From the NCBI GenBank assembly GCA_016784425.1, contig JADHUQ010000001.1:1-46571 (forward strand): 46,571 nt of DNA. Direction: 5' to 3'. A model generated the notes under the pieces. The model searched no databases. It saw only the letters and a program-made list of their open reading frames with translations, and had not been told where the DNA came from. A program made the translations under genes and the position numbers. Shown piece after piece: positions 43,049 to 46,571 of the stretch. How positions within the stretch are numbered: the stretch's first letter is position 1; each line of letters begins with the position of its first letter. The stretch comes from Candidatus Delongbacteria bacterium. Its GTDB lineage: Bacteria > CAIWAD01 > BS150m-G50.

Positions 43049-43299
43049 TGATCATATGGAGTAAATTGTTCCGAGCCTGTCTCACATGGCGTTATCCTGG
43101 AAGAGCTGTGGACGAGAGCGGAGCCGCTGCCAGTGATTAAAGCGACATTTTACCTGAATGCTTTGAGGGTCAACCATCGGTCAGCATCGGTACCAGACCG
43201 CCCGGGGGACAATCAGGGCAATTGAGCAGCTGTCTTTCCCGCGCCACGGTTTTCTATAGGCTATGTTTGAGGTGACTGGCCCCTTCAAGGAGGATTCAA

Positions 43300-43992
43300 T
43301 TGGCTACCGGCAATCCCTATGTGACACAGTCGCTCTTTGCTTTTTTCAGAGAGCTGAAAAAGAACAACACCCGCAGCTGGTTCCAGTCAAACAAACAGCG
43401 TTATGAAACCGAGGTCCGCGAACCGCTACTCCAGCTGATCGCTGATTTTGACGCAAAACTTAAGAAGATCACTCCCCAACTGGTTGCTGATACAGCCCGT
43501 TCAGGCGGTTCATTGTTTCGCATTTACCGGGATGTGCGCTTTGCCAGGGACAAAACTCCCTACAAAACTGGGGCTGGAATTCATTTTCGACACTCCCGTG
43601 GCAAGGATGTGCATGCACCCGGTTACTACCTGCATCTGGAACCGGGATCGGTATTTGCCGGCGCGGGAATATGGCAACCGGATTCACAGACTCTCACCTG
43701 TATCCGCGAGGCCATCGCAGCTGCTCCAACCCGCTGGCAAGCAATTCTTGACGCCAAAAGAACTCACCCGATTTCACTCTGGGAGGGGGAGCGGTTGAAA
43801 CGGGCGCCACGCGGCTTCGATCCGGATCATCCCCTGCTGGAAGATCTCAAACGGAAGGATTTCATCCTTACTACCGGGTTTACACAAAAAGCAGCCTGTG
43901 CCGACGATTTTATCGAGCAGTTTGAGCGGTTCTGTCACGATACGGCGGACTTCATGGAATTCCTGACCCTGGCGGTGGGATTGCCCTGGTAA
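43300..43992 (+). CDS. DUF2461 / TIGR02453 family protein (function unknown)
   Basis: TTG start 8 nt after AAGGAGG. FFRELKKNNTRSWFQSNKQRYE...LFRIYRDVRFARDKTPYKT...YYLHLEPG is the characteristic family pattern. Confidence 0.82.
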   Translation: MATGNPYVTQSLFAFFRELKKNNTRSWFQSNKQRYETEVREPLLQLIADFDAKLKKITPQLVADTARSGGSLFRIYRDVRFARDKTPYKTGAGIHFRHSRGKDVHAPGYYLHLEPGSVFAGAGIWQPDSQTLTCIREAIAAAPTRWQAILDAKRTHPISLWEGERLKRAPRGFDPDHPLLEDLKRKDFILTTGFTQKAACADDFIEQFERFCHDTADFMEFLTLAVGLPW

Positions 43993-44103
43993 CGGTACTT
44001 AACCATGTTTTGTTGAAATATCATCCTCAGCCTGGGGTAACCACTTTACAACAGCGGCTTCAGACTGAGTTCTGAGATGTAAGATCTGTCTTCACACGCG
44101 GTT

Positions 44104-45141
44104 GTGTTGATCGCTGTATTCGAACAGAACGAGGATATTGTGCTTTCCCGCGCTGAAATTATCCAATGGCTCCAGTGCGATGATGCAACCACACTCTTCC
44201 TGGAAGCAGACCGCCTCCGGCGGGAGCGGGTCGGCGACACCGTCTATTTCCGGGGTATTATCGAATTCTCAAATTATTGTTCCTCCCGATGCGCCTACTG
44301 TGGTATCAGTGCGCTGAATCGCGGTATCAAGCGGTATCGCATGTCTGTAAAGGAGGTAACCGATCTGGCACTTGAGCTGGATCGTATGGGTGTCAACACT
44401 GTCGTCCTGCAGTCAGGGGAGGATCCCCGCTTCTCCACAAGGGAAATGCTGCAGGTTATCTGCGGTATCCGATCACAATCAGCGATGGCGATCACGCTTT
44501 CAATGGGCGAATTGCCGGCAGCTGATTATCGTCTACTGCGGGAAGCGGGGGCTGATCGCTACCTGATGCGGTTTGAAACTTCTGATCCTGACCTGTTTGC
44601 GAGACTTCACGACGGTCATACGCTGGAAAGACGCCTCGAGCAGATTGAATCCATACGGCAGGCTGGTTTTCAGCTCGGTACCGGCTTTCTGATCGGATTG
44701 CCGGATCAAAACCTGTCGATGCTGGCGGATGATATTCTGTTGACCAGCGAGCTGCAACCCCCGATGATTGGTGTCGGCCCCTTTGTCGCTCACCCTGATA
44801 CACCATTACGCAATGGCAACGGGGCTGCTTTGGATCTGTCTTTACGGGTGGTCGCCCTCCTGCGTCTTTTAAATCCGCGGGCCCATATCCCCGGCACCAC
44901 CGCCCTGGACACACTGGCACCCGACGCCCGTGAAAGAGCCCTGCTGGGTGGCGCTAACATCGTCATGCCCAACTTCACCCCTTCCGGGTACAGGGAGCAT
45001 TACCTCCTTTATCCCGGCAAACCGTTTGCATCGGCAGTGGCGGTGGAGAGTCTTGACACAATGAAAAAACGGATACACGCACTCGGCCGCCCGGTCGGGA
45101 GTGGTCGTGGTGATCCGCTGTCGATCACACCGGCAGTGTGA
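44104..45141 (+). CDS. hydE: [FeFe]-hydrogenase H-cluster radical-SAM maturase HydE
   Basis: GIIEFSNYCSSRCAYCGI (CX3CX2C), VVLQSGEDP, ADRYLMRFETS and GANIVMPNFTP are present. The GTG/TTG start is uncertain by a few codons. Confidence 0.92.
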   Translation: MLIAVFEQNEDIVLSRAEIIQWLQCDDATTLFLEADRLRRERVGDTVYFRGIIEFSNYCSSRCAYCGISALNRGIKRYRMSVKEVTDLALELDRMGVNTVVLQSGEDPRFSTREMLQVICGIRSQSAMAITLSMGELPAADYRLLREAGADRYLMRFETSDPDLFARLHDGHTLERRLEQIESIRQAGFQLGTGFLIGLPDQNLSMLADDILLTSELQPPMIGVGPFVAHPDTPLRNGNGAALDLSLRVVALLRLLNPRAHIPGTTALDTLAPDARERALLGGANIVMPNFTPSGYREHYLLYPGKPFASAVAVESLDTMKKRIHALGRPVGSGRGDPLSITPAV

Positions 45142-45255
45142 TTCCCGGCACATACCAGAATAACGATTGATACTATATTTATACTGTGAACAGGGAAGTG
45201 TTCACCACGGATGACATCAATTGCAGCACCTCAGTGTGCTCAAAGGAGGGTTGAG

Positions 45256-46571
45256 ATGAGAAAGCTATCACTTCTTTCAGGGCTGTTCCTGGTTGTGGAA
45301 ATCTCACTGGCGCAGGGTTTCCATATCATCAACGCTGTTCCTGACGAAGGCATGGTCAATGTGCCGCTGTCTACGATTATCAGTTTTACCTTCAACGCAC
45401 CATTGGATACAACCTGTCACTTCGGTGACGAGGATGGATGGATTTCACCCATCAGTGTCCTGGGACCGGAGCCGGCAGACTCGGCAGAGGTAATTGAGTG
45501 GTGGGTCAATCCTGATCTGACCACCATCTCCATCCAGGTGGAGCATCTGGCTGAAAGAGACTTCTTCTGGCTTGTTGTTGGGGCTTACAGCGACGAAGGT
45601 GTACCGTTGACGGAACCCTGCTGTCTGCATTACTCGACCGCCTCGACGATGGGACCCTGGACAGTATCCGGTACCATTGACGCTGGAGAACTGGACCCCA
45701 CCCACACTTTGATCGGCCTGGATACTGTCCCGCTCTTCTCGGACGAGGGGGATGGCTCGATGACCGCAGGGACTTTCGTGCCTGATAACAGCGGTGATTA
45801 CACCATTCCCTATGTCAGTAACGGCTGCTGGTGGCCGATTGCCGCTTATGATCTGGATGGGGACGGTGAGATAGACCCGGAAGCCGGGGATCTGCTTGGA
45901 TTCTGGGACCCCAACCAGGACAACCTTCCGGACAGCATTATCGTGGAAGACGGCAATCTCACCGGTATCGATATAACATTGCTCGATTTCATTTTCGATG
46001 AGGTTACGGCGCAGGAACTGCTGCCGGAGGCCTGGGTGCTGGCGGAGGAATGGGCTGCGGACCAGGAGCTGCATATGATCGGCTCCGGTGGTGAGATCAA
46101 CCTCGACGGTACCGCTGCCGCCTGGGGATATCTTTTCTGGTCACCGGCGGGTGAGTTCTTCACCAACATCATGCTTACCACCTTCTTCAGCCAGGTCGAC
46201 ACTACCACTGATATTGGCTTCCCTTCTGACATGATCCCGCTACCGGTGGATTTCATCAACAGTGACGAGGCGATGTCCATTGCCGGTGAACAGGGTGGCA
46301 CTCAGTTTGAGGAGGAATACATGCTCGAAGAGCGGTGGCTGCATGGTGGTAATTTCTCCTGGGTATACCCCGAATCTCCGGATGATATCGCCTGGGTGGC
46401 CGGATATAGTGGTTATGATCCTGATAACGGCAATGAAGTTGAACTGCATATCGCCATGGATATCGTGACCGGTGAGATCATCCAGATACACTGGGATGAT
46501 GTAAGGGAACCACTTGACGAAATACTGCCGGCGCACTGTGAACTTTTAACTAATTATCCCAATCCATTTAA
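45256..46571 (+). CDS. secreted protein with N-terminal SbsA-type Ig-like domain, running into a type-IX-secretion (Por) C-terminal sorting domain; 3' end beyond the window
   Basis: AAGGAGGG RBS at 45243-45250. The frame is open from the ATG at 45256 to the last base (my own translation; it is absent from the track because no stop is reached). It has a signal peptide MRKLSLLSGLFLVVEISLAQG, an INAVPDEGMVNVPLSTIISFTFNAPLD segment, an acidic DLDGDGEIDPEAGD loop, and the final residues ...ELLTNYPNPF, which begin the T9SS CTD consensus. Confidence 0.8.
   Translation, partial: MRKLSLLSGLFLVVEISLAQGFHIINAVPDEGMVNVPLSTIISFTFNAPLDTTCHFGDEDGWISPISVLGPEPADSAEVIEWWVNPDLTTISIQVEHLAERDFFWLVVGAYSDEGVPLTEPCCLHYSTASTMGPWTVSGTIDAGELDPTHTLIGLDTVPLFSDEGDGSMTAGTFVPDNSGDYTIPYVSNGCWWPIAAYDLDGDGEIDPEAGDLLGFWDPNQDNLPDSIIVEDGNLTGIDITLLDFIFDEVTAQELLPEAWVLAEEWAADQELHMIGSGGEINLDGTAAAWGYLFWSPAGEFFTNIMLTTFFSQVDTTTDIGFPSDMIPLPVDFINSDEAMSIAGEQGGTQFEEEYMLEERWLHGGNFSWVYPESPDDIAWVAGYSGYDPDNGNEVELHIAMDIVTGEIIQIHWDDVREPLDEILPAHCELLTNYPNPF

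Noticed and set aside
45445-46536. Three minus-strand ORFs (209, 151 and 98 aa)
   Set aside because: All three are antisense to the long open plus-strand frame, which has an SD, a signal peptide and a T9SS tail.

Overview
The window is a gene-dense (about 85% coding), roughly 55% GC chromosomal segment. It most likely comes from an anaerobic, uncultured member of the FCB superphylum. This is an inference from three observations: the last ORF runs into an NYPNPF type-IX-secretion sorting motif, there is a CarboxypepD_reg/TonB-type outer-membrane protein, and there is an [FeFe]-hydrogenase locus. Most content is housekeeping: mpl, pgeF, polA, mnmE, lhgO, an NfeD/SPFH pair, oligopeptidase B, a heterodimeric ABC exporter, a histidine ammonia-lyase homologue, ybaK, and DMT transporters. 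The right third holds a complete [FeFe]-hydrogenase module: NuoE-like, NuoF-like, HydA, then maturases HydG, HydF and HydE, with a DUF2461 gene inserted between HydF and HydE. Several features are invisible to the ORF track. (1) A selenocysteine tRNA (anticodon UCA) lies on the minus strand at 2188-2286. (2) A promoter, leader ORF and tandem terminators sit in front of the ABC exporter. (3) A separate promoter-to-terminator unit lies at 27975-28143. (4) A 2.5-copy, roughly 61-nt tandem repeat re-duplicates the 3' end of the OYE gene. (5) AT-rich spacers containing inverted repeats flank and split the hyd cluster. (6) An IS630-type transposase tail is cut by the left edge. HydA carries TSCSPGW instead of the canonical TSCCPxW, so a serine sits at the proton-relay cysteine position. 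I found no CRISPR array, rRNA, recognisable defence system or prophage. All functional calls rest on motif recognition by eye, without database searches.
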